64,000 nucleotides of DNA from Bacteroidota bacterium (lineage in GTDB: Bacteria; Bacteroidota; Bacteroidia; 2-12-FULL-35-15): assembly GCA_023251835.1 (NCBI GenBank), contig JAHEXZ010000020.1:3694-67693 (forward strand). The letters run 5' to 3'. The notes below the pieces were generated by a model. It saw only the letters and a list, made by a program, of their open reading frames with translations, did no database searches and was not told the DNA's origin. The position numbers and the translations under genes were made by a program. Below are positions 17,266 to 28,394 of the stretch, one piece after another (position 1 is the stretch's first letter; every line of letters begins with the position of its first letter).

Positions 17266-18447
17266 CTAACTACCAACTACCAACTTATGAACCTTTTTAG
17301 TTCCCTGATACATTTCATATTTTACAAAACGGCATTCTAATTGACCATTATATAAGGTAATTTTGCGCGAAGGCCTCAAACCCACATGTTTAAATGCTTC
17401 AATGTTGGAACTCAACATCCAGCAATCATACCCGGTAAATTTTTTTTTGAATGTATCACCAATAGTTTTATACAGTTCTTCAATATTATCTTTTGCCATT
17501 CGTTCGCCATACGGTGGATTTAAAATTACTATTCCATGCCCGGGTGGCGCTTCAAAATCTTTTATATCACATACCTTAACAGAAACAACATCATCCACTC
17601 TGGCATGTTTGATATTTTCTTTTGCTTTTTTGGCAACATTCGGTGAAAGCTCTCCTCCAATAATTTGCTGATTATGATTGGTAATTTTATCAATGGCGGC
17701 ATCAAAAATGGTATTATATAATTCTTCATCAAAGGCTAAAAATTTTTTCCAGCCCTCAAAACCATAAGTTTCACGATAATAACCGGGTGGAATATTGTTT
17801 GCAATCAATGCCGCTTCAATCAGAATGGTTCCCGAACCACACATGGGGTCAATAAAGGTACTTCGTTTATCCCAACCGCTTAGCAATACCATTCCTGCAG
17901 CCAACACTTCATTTAAAGGTGCAAGATTGGTCTTATCACGGTAACCTCGTTTGTGCAATGATTCACCTGAACTATCCAGAGCAACAGTACATGTATTCTG
18001 AAAAACATGCAGATGAATCCGCAAAACAGGCTGATCCAGATCCACAGAAGGTCGTTCTCCATATTTTTCCCGAAACTGATCAACAATAGCATCTTTTGCT
18101 TTTTGAGAAATATACTGGGAATGGGTAAATAAATCAGAATTTAGAACAGTATCAATTGCCAATGTGTCTTTCACATCCATATATTCTTCCCAGTTGATGG
18201 ATTGAAGAGAAGAATACAGCGATTTTTCATCGCATATAATGAATGTTTTTACAGGTACCAGTATACGCAATGCTGTTCGTAAACAGACGTTGGCTTTATA
18301 CATAAAGCCAACGTCACCAATAAAACTTACAGCCCGGTTATGCACCTCTATATTTCGCGCCCCAAGACGTTGTAATTCATTTGACAATATTTCTTCCAAA
18401 CCAAAAATGGTTTTGGCAATCATTTTAAAATCTGTTTCCTGCTTCAC
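17266..18447 (-). CDS. THUMP-domain class I SAM-dependent RNA methyltransferase
   Basis: 393 aa. N-terminal ferredoxin-like/THUMP region, methyltransferase motifs DPMCGSGTILIEA and the catalytic NPPYGER. Confidence 0.85.
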   Translation of the reverse strand: MKQETDFKMIAKTIFGLEEILSNELQRLGARNIEVHNRAVSFIGDVGFMYKANVCLRTALRILVPVKTFIICDEKSLYSSLQSINWEEYMDVKDTLAIDTVLNSDLFTHSQYISQKAKDAIVDQFREKYGERPSVDLDQPVLRIHLHVFQNTCTVALDSSGESLHKRGYRDKTNLAPLNEVLAAGMVLLSGWDKRSTFIDPMCGSGTILIEAALIANNIPPGYYRETYGFEGWKKFLAFDEELYNTIFDAAIDKITNHNQQIIGGELSPNVAKKAKENIKHARVDDVVSVKVCDIKDFEAPPGHGIVILNPPYGERMAKDNIEELYKTIGDTFKKKFTGYDCWMLSSNIEAFKHVGLRPSRKITLYNGQLECRFVKYEMYQGTKKVHKLVVGS

Positions 18448-18631
18448 AATACTGTTTTTAGCAAAGATATTGAATAAGCCGAGCAGGACTACGAAATTTT
18501 AGTATAAAAAAGTTTCTTATACTCACACAATATATTGATTATCCAGATCAAACGCATGAAAAATTAACAATGGTATCTTGATAATCAATAGCTTATTGAC
18601 GTTAAAGTTATTATAAAACCAATTACCTGGC

Positions 18632-18981
18632 TTGAAAAAAGCCATGACATTACAAGACCATTTTTCAGATATTAAATATCCTCGCCAGCAGTACAAAGTA
18701 GAACACAAGCTAATTGATATATTAGTTTTGAGTATAATTGCAGTAATCTGTGGGGCAGACGAATATAAAGAGATAGAGATCCAAAAGAATTTCATCAATG
18801 TTTTATTAATTGGGCTAAGGGGCTTTGCCGATTAACTTCAAAAGGTCTTATCGCCATGGATGGGAAAACATCGAAAGGTTCACACTCAAAAATAGCTAGC
18901 GTGGATGTTCATGTTGATATTAACGGAAATAGAATAGAAACAAGGAAATGTAGTGTTTTAACAGCGTTTGACCTGACATAG
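18632..18981 (+). pseudogene. Degenerate ISAs1-family transposase remnant (frameshifted, internally deleted)
   Basis: Frame 1 fragment LQDHFSDIKYPRQQYKVEHKLIDILVLSIIAVICGADEYKEIE matches the ISAs1 N-terminal DDE_Tnp_1-associated region. A second frame (18838-18978) gives KGLIAMDGKTSKGSHSK...NGNRIETRKCSVL, matching the IAIDGK and C-terminal HGRIE.R motifs. Total about 350 bp, versus about 1.1 kb for an intact gene. Confidence 0.7.
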
Positions 18982-19020
18982 AAATAGTTTCTTTAGCAAA
19001 TTTTATAAAATAGCTTAAAA

Positions 19021-20286
19021 TCACATGAGCTTTTGTATTTCTGTTTTTTCTGAAATTCTTAATCCTTTGATATTTTTTAGCAAATTCAGTCCCGGTTTTT
19101 TTCCTTTTTCAATCGTTCCCAAGTGTGTAAAACCTAAAAAATCTGCACCATTCTTGGTAGCCCATAAAAGTAATGTTTGTAAAGGAATGTGTGGATAATA
19201 GTTCGAAATGGTTTTTAATTCATCCAAAATAGATAAGCTCCAATTGGATGCAAGACTGTCAGTACCTATTGTTACCGGTACATCTTCTTCAATAAAGAAA
19301 TTATAATCAGGCAATTTGTTCTCTATATACAAATTAGCATTAGGGCAGGTACACCAATAGAGATGCTGGATTGGTGAGGCATTCGAAGAAGCACTCCTTT
19401 CGGAGGGATTTGAAACAGGACTATTTTGCATCAATTTTTTAGCCCATTTTATATCTTCTTTTGTAGCATATGTATTATGTACTAATAAAAGTTTGGATGC
19501 TTTTGTCAGGTATGATAATGTTGATTGTAGCGAATTAACTCCGGTTATTCTCAGTTGATTAGTATCTATTCCCATTGCCTTAAATATTTCGTATATCGCA
19601 CCAGAATGTGAAATAAAAAGCTCATTCTCTGCTTCGCTTTCCTGGTTATGAATAGATATAATACTCTTATTCGCAGCAGCATGTTTATTGATAAGTGATA
19701 GTAAACTTTCAGAAACTGTATAAGGTGCATGAGGTATAATGGAGCTATGAGTGGTAAATTGAGAAAGCTCCTGCTGGAGGGAAAGTCCTTTGTTAAATGA
19801 CTCTTCGGCTCTGTCTGGGTTTAGATCAAAAACCTCAACAAAGGTATGGTAAAGTAGATTTTTTTTTTCTTTTTGTTTGAATGAACTGTTATTATTTGAA
19901 ATATCTCCCACGGCAACAATACCGTTTTGGCTCATCTCTCTTTCAGCAGCCTCAATAGCTTCCTGTATGAATTCCTTTGAAGAAGCAGTACGTTTGGAAA
20001 CAATTGCTTTAATAAAGCCCGATATTCCAAGATGTTCAGAAACTTGTGAACGCAGATGCGATAATTCTATATGGCAATGCGTATTAATAAAACCAGGGCA
20101 TATAATTCCTTTATAATGTTCAATTTCGGATTGCGGATTTGTGGTTGAAGATTCAACATCTATTATTAAACCGTCATCATCAATAGTTATTACACCATTT
20201 TTTATTGGTTCGGAGGCAATGGGGAAAATATAGTCGGCTGAAAGTCTACGCACGGTGCAAATAACAAATCTGTTACGAATATACAA
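19021..20286 (-). CDS. Amidohydrolase family protein (metal-dependent deaminase/chlorohydrolase-like)
   Basis: 421 aa. ADYIFPI...NGVITIDDDGLII...GFINTHCHIELSHL contains the H-x-H metal motif, with a later HAPYT and GTDSLAS. The start is uncertain; an internal GTG just before RRLSADY is possible. Confidence 0.75.
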   Translation of the reverse strand: MYIRNRFVICTVRRLSADYIFPIASEPIKNGVITIDDDGLIIDVESSTTNPQSEIEHYKGIICPGFINTHCHIELSHLRSQVSEHLGISGFIKAIVSKRTASSKEFIQEAIEAAEREMSQNGIVAVGDISNNNSSFKQKEKKNLLYHTFVEVFDLNPDRAEESFNKGLSLQQELSQFTTHSSIIPHAPYTVSESLLSLINKHAAANKSIISIHNQESEAENELFISHSGAIYEIFKAMGIDTNQLRITGVNSLQSTLSYLTKASKLLLVHNTYATKEDIKWAKKLMQNSPVSNPSERSASSNASPIQHLYWCTCPNANLYIENKLPDYNFFIEEDVPVTIGTDSLASNWSLSILDELKTISNYYPHIPLQTLLLWATKNGADFLGFTHLGTIEKGKKPGLNLLKNIKGLRISEKTEIQKLM

Positions 20287-20407
20287 ATTCCGTATGTGCG
20301 TAACGAATAGATATTTAATGTATTATAGTCTATCTCGTAAAAATCATTCCTTATTAATGTTTTGTAAATTCATAACTATTCGTTTATCTGTAACCCCTTA
20401 TTTTTCG

Positions 20408-20415
20408 TAAATTTG
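20408..20415 (+). promoter_or_regulatory. Candidate -7 promoter box TAAATTTG upstream of rlmN
   Basis: Exact match to the Bacteroidota TAnnTTTG consensus, 22 nt upstream of the TTG start at 20437. Confidence 0.3.
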
Positions 20416-20436
20416 TGATAAATAGGTGGAAATCTT

Positions 20437-21510
20437 TTGGAGACTAAAAAAGACATACGTGCATTGTCATTGGATGAGTTGAAGGCAGTTTTTGTTCAGA
20501 ACGGAGATCAGGCTTTTCGCGCTAAACAAGTTTACGAGTGGTTATGGAAAAAATCTGCCCGCACCTTTGATGAAATGACTAACCTTTCAAAAGGTACGCG
20601 TAAACTACTTGATACTAACTTCATAATTAATGCCGTACGTGTTGATGGTATGCAGATAAGCAGCGACCGTACAATTAAAAATGCCTTTAAGCTGCACGAT
20701 GGAAAAATTGTGGAAGGTGTGCTTATCCCCAGCAATACCCGTATGACAGCTTGTGTATCTTCGCAGGTAGGATGTAGTTTAACATGCAGGTTCTGTGCAA
20801 CAGGGCGTTTGGAACGTTTGCGGAATCTGAATGCCGATGAGATATATGACCAGGTTGTTCTTATTAGAAAACAAGCCGAAGAAAAATACAATACTCAGCT
20901 TACCAATATTGTATATATGGGAATGGGGGAACCATTGCTGAATTATAAAAATGTAAGGGATTCTATCGTTAAAATTACTTCGCCTGAAGGGTTGAATATG
21001 TCGCCACAACGTATCACTGTCAGCACCGCAGGTGTTGCTAAAATGATAAAAAAACTGGGCGATGATGATGTCAAGTTTAATCTTGCTCTTTCTTTGCATG
21101 CAGCCAATGATGTGAAGCGAAATTATATTATGCCTATCAATGAAAGTAATTCATTGGAAGCGTTAGCAGAAGCATTGAAATATTTTTATGATAAAACAGG
21201 CACACGTGTAACGTATGAGTATATTGCTTTTAAAGATTTTAATGATAGTATAGAAGATGCAAAAGAACTGGCAAAATTTTGTAAAAATGTTCCATGTAAA
21301 TTGAATATTATTGAATACAATCCAATTGATGAAGGGGAATTTAAGCAAACTACATCTGAACGGTTAAATACTTTTGTCAGCTATTTAGAAAGCAAAAATC
21401 TTATTGTCAACGTCCGCAGAAGCCGTGGAAAAGATATAGATGCTGCTTGTGGACAGTTAGCAAATAAAAACAAAGAAGGATTTAAAAAGCAAAAAATTGA
21501 AAGTAAGTAA
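20437..21510 (+). CDS. rlmN: 23S rRNA/tRNA (adenine-C2)-methyltransferase RlmN (radical SAM)
   Basis: 357 aa. FRAKQVYEWLW, radical SAM cluster CSLTCRFCATG, and C-terminal GKDIDAACGQL. Apparent TTG start. Confidence 0.95.
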   Translation: METKKDIRALSLDELKAVFVQNGDQAFRAKQVYEWLWKKSARTFDEMTNLSKGTRKLLDTNFIINAVRVDGMQISSDRTIKNAFKLHDGKIVEGVLIPSNTRMTACVSSQVGCSLTCRFCATGRLERLRNLNADEIYDQVVLIRKQAEEKYNTQLTNIVYMGMGEPLLNYKNVRDSIVKITSPEGLNMSPQRITVSTAGVAKMIKKLGDDDVKFNLALSLHAANDVKRNYIMPINESNSLEALAEALKYFYDKTGTRVTYEYIAFKDFNDSIEDAKELAKFCKNVPCKLNIIEYNPIDEGEFKQTTSERLNTFVSYLESKNLIVNVRRSRGKDIDAACGQLANKNKEGFKKQKIESK

Positions 21511-21682
21511 AGTTTTCAAAATAACTTCCTCAATCCACGCACATGTTTCGACAAGCTCAATATGACTCGCGCGCGGTCAGTCAGAGCTAGTTTACCCTGA
21601 GCGAAGTCGAAGGGAAGACTATGGGTGGCAATTTGAAAATGAATCATATTTCTTTTGTTGAAGTTATTTTGAAAACTTTACT
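21506..21682. mobile_element. MITE-like 177-bp inverted-repeat element, copy B
   Basis: 23-nt perfect terminal inverted repeat agtaaagttttcaaaataacttc at both ends. About 97% identical to 15262-15438. Its first 5 nt overlap the rlmN stop codon (21508-21510). Confidence 0.75.
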
Positions 21683-21745
21683 AAAATAAAAAATAGAAAC
21701 TAAATAATTCACAAAGTTCATTTGTAATTAATAAAACAGCTTCTT

Positions 21746-22717
21746 ATGACAGTTAATGAAATAAAAGCTCCCATATCAGGTGAAATGGCAGAGTTTGAAC
21801 TGAAGTTTAAAGCTTCAATGAAAAGTGCTGTTCCCCTGCTTAATAAAATTATACATTATATTGTTAAACGCAAAGGCAAACAAATGCGCCCAATGTTTGT
21901 CTTTTTATCAGCAAAAGTATGTGGTGAAATGAATGAATCAAGCTACCGTGCCGCAGCATTGATAGAACTCTTACATACAGCTACATTGGTGCATGATGAT
22001 GTGGTAGACGACTCCAATGAACGAAGAGGTTTCTTTTCTGTAAATGCACTCTGGAAAAATAAAATTGCAGTATTAGTGGGTGATTTTTTATTGTCCAGAG
22101 GCCTTTTATTGTCTATCGATAATGGGGATTTTCATCTGTTAAGTATCGTATCCAATGCTGTAAAGGAAATGAGTGAAGGAGAATTATTACAAATTGAAAA
22201 AGCACGCAGATTAGACATTGATGAAGCTGTTTATTTTGATATTATCCGTAAAAAAACGGCTTCACTCATAGCTTCCTGCTGTGCATGTGGTGCCGCTTCA
22301 GTTACCACAGATAAACAAGTGATTGAAAGAATGCGAACATTTGGTGAAGCTGTCGGAATTGCTTTTCAAATAAAAGATGACCTGTTTGATTATGGCGATG
22401 GAACTAACATTGGCAAACCAACAGGTATTGACATCAAAGAAAAGAAAATGACATTACCATTGATCTATGCATTGAATAATGCTTCTTTCTTGGGCAAACG
22501 CAGGATTATAAATATTGTAAAAAACAATAATAATGATCCTAAGAAAGTTGCTGAAGTAATTGATTTTGTTATAAAAAGCGGTGGCATACAGTATGCAGAA
22601 AATAAAATGAATGAATTTAAACAGAAAGCACTAACCCTATTGTCCACTTTTACTGATTGCCCTTCCAGAACTTCATTGGAAGGCTTGGTTAGATATACTA
22701 CCGAAAGGAAGAATTAA
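21746..22717 (+). CDS. Polyprenyl diphosphate synthase (long-chain, IspB-like)
   Basis: 323 aa. First DDxxD in LVHDDVVDD and second in FQIKDDLFDY. Confidence 0.9.
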   Translation: MTVNEIKAPISGEMAEFELKFKASMKSAVPLLNKIIHYIVKRKGKQMRPMFVFLSAKVCGEMNESSYRAAALIELLHTATLVHDDVVDDSNERRGFFSVNALWKNKIAVLVGDFLLSRGLLLSIDNGDFHLLSIVSNAVKEMSEGELLQIEKARRLDIDEAVYFDIIRKKTASLIASCCACGAASVTTDKQVIERMRTFGEAVGIAFQIKDDLFDYGDGTNIGKPTGIDIKEKKMTLPLIYALNNASFLGKRRIINIVKNNNNDPKKVAEVIDFVIKSGGIQYAENKMNEFKQKALTLLSTFTDCPSRTSLEGLVRYTTERKN

Positions 22718-22862
22718 CAGATTGCAATACAAAAAGAGTTAACAATTTAGATGCTTGAAATATATCAACCGGAATATAAATAACCGATAGGATAAATTAA
22801 GAATTTATACTTCAACTGACAAACAGACTCAGCCACATAACAATTTTAGCTAAGCAATTTTT

Positions 22863-23291
22863 ATGAAAATAGAATTTTTATTATTAATCTTATTTACTAC
22901 AATTGTATTACTCTCCTGTAATCAGGGATCGGTTTCAATCGAAAATAAAAGTATACAGCGCGATACCCTTACATCGGATTTTATATTTTCTAAATCATCA
23001 GATTCTGTTATTCAAAATGGCGAATACATAAAATATTACAAAAATGGTGTAATGGAAATGTGGGGAATGATGAAAAACGGAAAACGTCATGGAGTATGGA
23101 AAAGTTGGTATGAAGATGGCTCTCCATGGAGTGAAACTGCATTTGCTGATGGAAAAAAAAATGGTAAAACAACTACCTGGTATGATAATGAAAAAAAACG
23201 GTATGAAGGGTTTTATACAAATGATGAGGAAAGTGGTAATTGGACGTTTTGGGATGAAACCGGAGGGAGTATAAAAAAGGAATATAAATAG
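22863..23291 (+). CDS. MORN-variant repeat (YwqK-like) lipoprotein
   Basis: 142 aa, lipobox LLSC. Repeats NG.Y..YY.NG / GKRHGVWKSWYEDG / GKKNGKTTTWYDN. Confidence 0.65.
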   Translation: MKIEFLLLILFTTIVLLSCNQGSVSIENKSIQRDTLTSDFIFSKSSDSVIQNGEYIKYYKNGVMEMWGMMKNGKRHGVWKSWYEDGSPWSETAFADGKKNGKTTTWYDNEKKRYEGFYTNDEESGNWTFWDETGGSIKKEYK

Positions 23292-23384
23292 CCATCATTT
23301 ATAGGATTAAAAGCAAGAAAATAATGACATTTTTTTAAAAATGATACTAATGACTTACCTTTGTCTAACAGCCCATGAATTATT

Positions 23385-23861
23385 ATGAGACATTTTTTAT
23401 CTTTTTTATCTACATTCTATTTTATTAATTTCTCCTTTTCCCAAACGCTTTCACCAGAAGCTATATCAACTGCCGGCAGCAGCTTTAATAACGGCTCCAA
23501 TGGACTTAACTGGACCTTAGGTGAGCCTGTAACTTCTACCTTAAATACTACTTCAAATATATTAACACAGGGTTTTCATCAGGATAAATTTACAATTACT
23601 TCTGTTGAAGATGAAAATGGTGATAGTGGAATTACTATTTTCCCTAATCCAACTATTGATGCCATTATGGTGCAGCTGAAATTCCCTGATAAAAGCACTT
23701 CAATGGAACTATATACAGTTGAAGGTAAATTATTGTCATCACGTTCTATACATTCTGAAACGTCTTTTCAGGTGGATATGAGCAATTATGCAAGTGGGAC
23801 GTACGTGTTGAAAATAAAAAATAAAAATCTGAAGTCGTATCAAATAGTGAAATTAAAGTAA
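23385..23861 (+). CDS. Small secreted protein with T9SS type-A C-terminal sorting domain
   Basis: 158 aa with a signal peptide. The C-terminus ITIFPNPTIDAIMV...SGTYVLKIKNKN..KSYQIVKLK is a typical Por/T9SS CTD. Confidence 0.75.
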   Translation: MRHFLSFLSTFYFINFSFSQTLSPEAISTAGSSFNNGSNGLNWTLGEPVTSTLNTTSNILTQGFHQDKFTITSVEDENGDSGITIFPNPTIDAIMVQLKFPDKSTSMELYTVEGKLLSSRSIHSETSFQVDMSNYASGTYVLKIKNKNLKSYQIVKLK

Positions 23862-23878
23862 TAATCTGAATAAAATAA

Positions 23879-24865
<987 letters not shown>

Positions 24866-25066
24866 TATTTTTAAAATTTCATCACTCAAAGGACTTATAG
24901 CTGCTGAATAAAAATTCAATAGCCCGCTATGCTCGCTAATAAGGTATTTGCAGAAATTACAGCTTGGTGCAATGCTATTCCTAAAGCCAAACGTGCGGCT
25001 TAACTATTTAATTTGTAGCTTTGTACAGTTTTATTAGCAATAACTTTATTATTTACTCCAACCTCC

Positions 25067-25618
25067 ATGTTGTTCATTTCATATACACAAAAAATAGCTG
25101 TTGTATTTCTGTTTGCTCTTGTTTTAACATCCTGTACACAAGAACAACCCAAACCGGTTGATCTTAATACAATACCGGGCATTATAATGGGTGGAGATGC
25201 TGGTATTTTCAGGGGCTTCAACCTGGGAGACAGCCTGGCTACTGTGTTAAGAAAAGAAACAGCAAAGCCAGTTGAATCTGATAGTAGTTATTTGTATTAC
25301 GAGTATACACTTCCTGACACGGTTGGTTCTTATAATATTGCTTATAATTTTGATGAAAAAGGATTGTATGAAATTCAATCCAACATTTTTATTACTAACG
25401 CAGCAGAAACAGAAACAATTTTTAACAGGTTTAAGATTTATTTCGATAAGTATTACGGCTCCAGCCAAACGGAAATGGGATTCAGTGTATGGTCGGTAAA
25501 ATCAAAAAAATTCGGAGAAGTGAAAATCAATCTGAGTGATGAAAGCAGCGATTTTACTATTGATAATGCTCCCGGCAAATTATCACTATGGATATATAAA
25601 GATGATACCAGTTCTTAA
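25067..25618 (+). CDS. Hypothetical lipoprotein
   Basis: 183 aa with signal peptide and lipobox VLTSC. No recognisable catalytic motif. Confidence 0.5.
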   Translation: MLFISYTQKIAVVFLFALVLTSCTQEQPKPVDLNTIPGIIMGGDAGIFRGFNLGDSLATVLRKETAKPVESDSSYLYYEYTLPDTVGSYNIAYNFDEKGLYEIQSNIFITNAAETETIFNRFKIYFDKYYGSSQTEMGFSVWSVKSKKFGEVKINLSDESSDFTIDNAPGKLSLWIYKDDTSS

Positions 25619-25673
25619 AAACAGGTTCTTTGCTATAAAGTATGGGAAAAAAATATTTTTTTTAATAGCTCAC

Positions 25674-25991
25674 TCAGTTTTCCAGCAGCATTAATGCCTC
25701 ATTTAACTCCGCCATTGTTTTTTTATTGTTTTGCAATTGCGCTAATGTAATACCTCTGCTATAAATAGTGACTGCTTTTTGCAGTTGTTCTGATTGTTCA
25801 TAGTATTTTCCAAGCTGATAGTAGGCACCTAAATAAGTGGTATCCTGCGCTATCAATTTTTCCAGTATTTCAATCGCTTTTTCTATATTGTTAATCTTCG
25901 CATATTCCAACGCCAATGCATAACGCAGAAAAGAATCGTTAGGTTCTTTTCTCTGCATTTCCTGAATTTGCTGCAGACGGGAGTCATTCAT
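25674..25991 (-). CDS. Small TPR-like protein
   Basis: 105 aa. FLRYALALEYAKINNIEKAIEILEKLIAQDTTYLGAYYQLGKYY shows a TPR pattern. Confidence 0.6.
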   Translation of the reverse strand: MNDSRLQQIQEMQRKEPNDSFLRYALALEYAKINNIEKAIEILEKLIAQDTTYLGAYYQLGKYYEQSEQLQKAVTIYSRGITLAQLQNNKKTMAELNEALMLLEN

Positions 25992-26067
25992 TTATCGGAA
26001 AAATTAATGAAGAGTATTGATAATCTTAGTGTCCTTTAGCGGTCAATAATAAACTATTTATTTTTAT

Positions 26068-27087
26068 TTAAATAACCGTTTTAAACTGCCTCAAAAAACG
26101 AATATCATTTTCAAAAAACAAACGCAGGTCTTTTATTTGGTATTTCAGCATTGTAATACGTTCAATGCCCATTCCGAAAGCAAAGCCACTATAAACTCTG
26201 CTGTCTATCTTACAATTTTCAAGTACTACGGGATCCACCATACCACAACCTAAAATCTCAACCCAGCCGGCACCTTTGCATATATTACAGCCCTCCCCTT
26301 TGCAAAAAGGACAGGATATATCCATTTCAGCACTTATTTCAGTAAAAGGAAAGAAAGAAGGACGCAAGCGGATTTTGGTTTCTTCACCAAACATTTCTTT
26401 TGAAAAGTATAACAACGCCTGTTTCAAATCTGCAAAAGATACATTTTTATCAATATATAAACCCTCTACCTGGTGAAATTGGCAGTGTGCACGTGCTGAT
26501 ATGGCCTCATTGCGGTAAACCCTTCCTGGCGATATAGTGCGGATAGGAGGCTTACTGTTTTCCATAATATGTACCTGTACAGAAGAAGTTTGTGTACGTA
26601 GCACTATATCCGGATTTTCGCTGATGTAAAATGTGTCCTGCATATCGCGTGCCGGGTGATCGGGAGGTGTATTCAAAGCAGTAAAATTGTGCCAGTCGTC
26701 TTCTATTTCAGGCCCTTCGGAAACTGTAAAACCAATTCTCGAAAAGATTTCTATAATTTGATTACGAACAAGTGACAAAGGATGACGGGAACCCACAGCA
26801 ATAGTTTCTCCCGGAAGAGTTAAATCAAGAACTATTTTTCCATTTTCTTTATTTTCGAACTTTTCTTTCAATTCATTCACCTTCTCCTGAGCTCTGTTTT
26901 TTAATTCATTCAGCTTTTGTCCTACCTCTTTTCTCAGTTCGGGGGCAATGGTTTTAAACTCATCAAACAACTCGGTAACTTTCCCCTTTTTGCTCAATAT
27001 TTTAATACGAAACTCTTCAACGCGTTCTCTGTTATCCGCTGCAAAGGTTTCAATTTCATTCAGCAATTCTTCTATTTTATCTTTCAT
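26068..27087 (-). CDS. pheS: Phenylalanine--tRNA ligase alpha subunit
   Basis: 339 aa. HPARDMQDTFY, class II motifs GRVYRNE...HQVEG and GFAFGMGIERI. Confidence 0.95.
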   Translation of the reverse strand: MKDKIEELLNEIETFAADNRERVEEFRIKILSKKGKVTELFDEFKTIAPELRKEVGQKLNELKNRAQEKVNELKEKFENKENGKIVLDLTLPGETIAVGSRHPLSLVRNQIIEIFSRIGFTVSEGPEIEDDWHNFTALNTPPDHPARDMQDTFYISENPDIVLRTQTSSVQVHIMENSKPPIRTISPGRVYRNEAISARAHCQFHQVEGLYIDKNVSFADLKQALLYFSKEMFGEETKIRLRPSFFPFTEISAEMDISCPFCKGEGCNICKGAGWVEILGCGMVDPVVLENCKIDSRVYSGFAFGMGIERITMLKYQIKDLRLFFENDIRFLRQFKTVI

Positions 27088-27122
27088 TGTGTTGTAATTT
27101 TATACAAAGGTAATATGATAAA

Positions 27123-27959
27123 CTATTGAATAATAACTATTCTCATCCTTATATCTTTCAGAGGCCTGTCATTTTTATCCGTTTTTTGTTTGGCAATTTC
27201 ATCCACTACATTTAAACCCTCTATTATTTCACCAAATATAGTATAACTATTATCCAGATGAGGTGTTCCTCCACTACTTTCATAGGTTTTCATTTGTTCA
27301 TCTGTAAAAGTAAATACAGGCACATTGGGTAGTTCGGAATCTACTTGTTTATTAATAAAATCATTCAAATATTTCATACTATCCGTTTGCCGGGTTTTAA
27401 CAAACTCCTGGTACTGCTCAAGAATTTTTTTATTCTCGCTACGATTAACAATGGAGTTAAACAATTTCATTCTCGTAATACGTTTGGCCTGCACTTGTAA
27501 TAGCGAGTCATTCCAAACATGTCCCTGAACAATATAAAATTGTGAACCGGCCGATGCCTGGCCAGGATTTTCAAGATCGCTGTCGCGTGCTGCAGCAAGA
27601 ACACCTTTTTTATGGAATAATTTAGGATTAAATTCCTTAGGAATGGTATATCCTGGCCCTCCATTACCAAGTTCTATAAAGGGTGCAGCATTTTTAGAAT
27701 CGGGGTCGCCTCCCTGGATAACAAAATTTTGTATTACACGGTGAAACAGTAAACTATCAAAATAGTGGTTTTTTACCAGCTTTATAAAATTATCACGATG
27801 TAATGGTGTTTCATTATAAAGACGTATCTTAATTGTTCCAAAATCAGTGATGATCATCACTTTTGTTTCCCGGGAATCGTCATTTACATAACCGTATGAT
27901 TTTGACACAAATAGCAGAATTATAACTAAAAAAGCGTGGAAAAGTTTTTTGTATTTCAT
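27123..27959 (-). CDS. Cyclophilin-type peptidyl-prolyl cis-trans isomerase (secreted)
   Basis: 278 aa. FHRVIQNFVIQGGDP...GSQFYIV...HLDNSYTIFGEIIEG with an inserted helical segment. Confidence 0.9.
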   Translation of the reverse strand: MKYKKLFHAFLVIILLFVSKSYGYVNDDSRETKVMIITDFGTIKIRLYNETPLHRDNFIKLVKNHYFDSLLFHRVIQNFVIQGGDPDSKNAAPFIELGNGGPGYTIPKEFNPKLFHKKGVLAAARDSDLENPGQASAGSQFYIVQGHVWNDSLLQVQAKRITRMKLFNSIVNRSENKKILEQYQEFVKTRQTDSMKYLNDFINKQVDSELPNVPVFTFTDEQMKTYESSGGTPHLDNSYTIFGEIIEGLNVVDEIAKQKTDKNDRPLKDIRMRIVIIQ

Positions 27960-28042
27960 TAATAAATTTATTAAATTTGCTAATTGTAAAGATAGTAAAC
28001 AACTTCAAAAATTATCAAATAGAAAATATTAAAATCTGCACT

Positions 28043-28390
28043 ATGAAAACATCTATCCTGAAAACATCGGCTTATGTATGTGTAACATTACTGTTGTTAG
28101 CAGCCTTCTCTACTACTTCGTGCAAAAAAGATAAAACGTGTCGTGGTAAAATTACAGTTATAGATACTTCTGGCAACAAAGTAGCGGGTGCAACTGTGAA
28201 AGCTTCTTATGGTCAGACAGAATATTCGAGTACAACCGATGGTTCAGGAGTAGCGAGTATAGATTTAAAACTTCCTGCAATACTTAATATTGAAGCAATA
28301 AGCACAGCTTTCCCTGGAATGGTTGGAAAAGGGATTTTGCGTTTGGATGAGCCGGGAAAAACGGCTGATGTAACAGTTACTATAAAGTAA
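28043..28390 (+). CDS. Hypothetical lipoprotein (carboxypeptidase-regulatory-like beta domain?)
   Basis: The ORF track starts at 27977, but the signal peptide/lipobox begins at MKTSILK...TTSC (ATG 28043). GKITVIDTSGNKVAGATVKA resembles CarboxypepD_reg-like strands. Confidence 0.5.
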   Translation: MKTSILKTSAYVCVTLLLLAAFSTTSCKKDKTCRGKITVIDTSGNKVAGATVKASYGQTEYSSTTDGSGVASIDLKLPAILNIEAISTAFPGMVGKGILRLDEPGKTADVTVTIK

Positions 28391-28394
28391 AGCC

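Noticed and set aside
18523-18798. 91-aa minus-strand ORF
   Set aside because: It is antisense to the recognisable ISAs1 transposase N-terminal fragment, and the plus-strand reading has clear homology.
27977-28042. N-terminal extensions proposed by the ORF track (27977 start; also 29929-30015, 35166-35267, 53581-53649, 46642-46668, 57062-57118)
   Set aside because: In each case a downstream ATG begins the recognisable signal peptide or conserved domain, and the extension overlaps a neighbouring gene or spacer.
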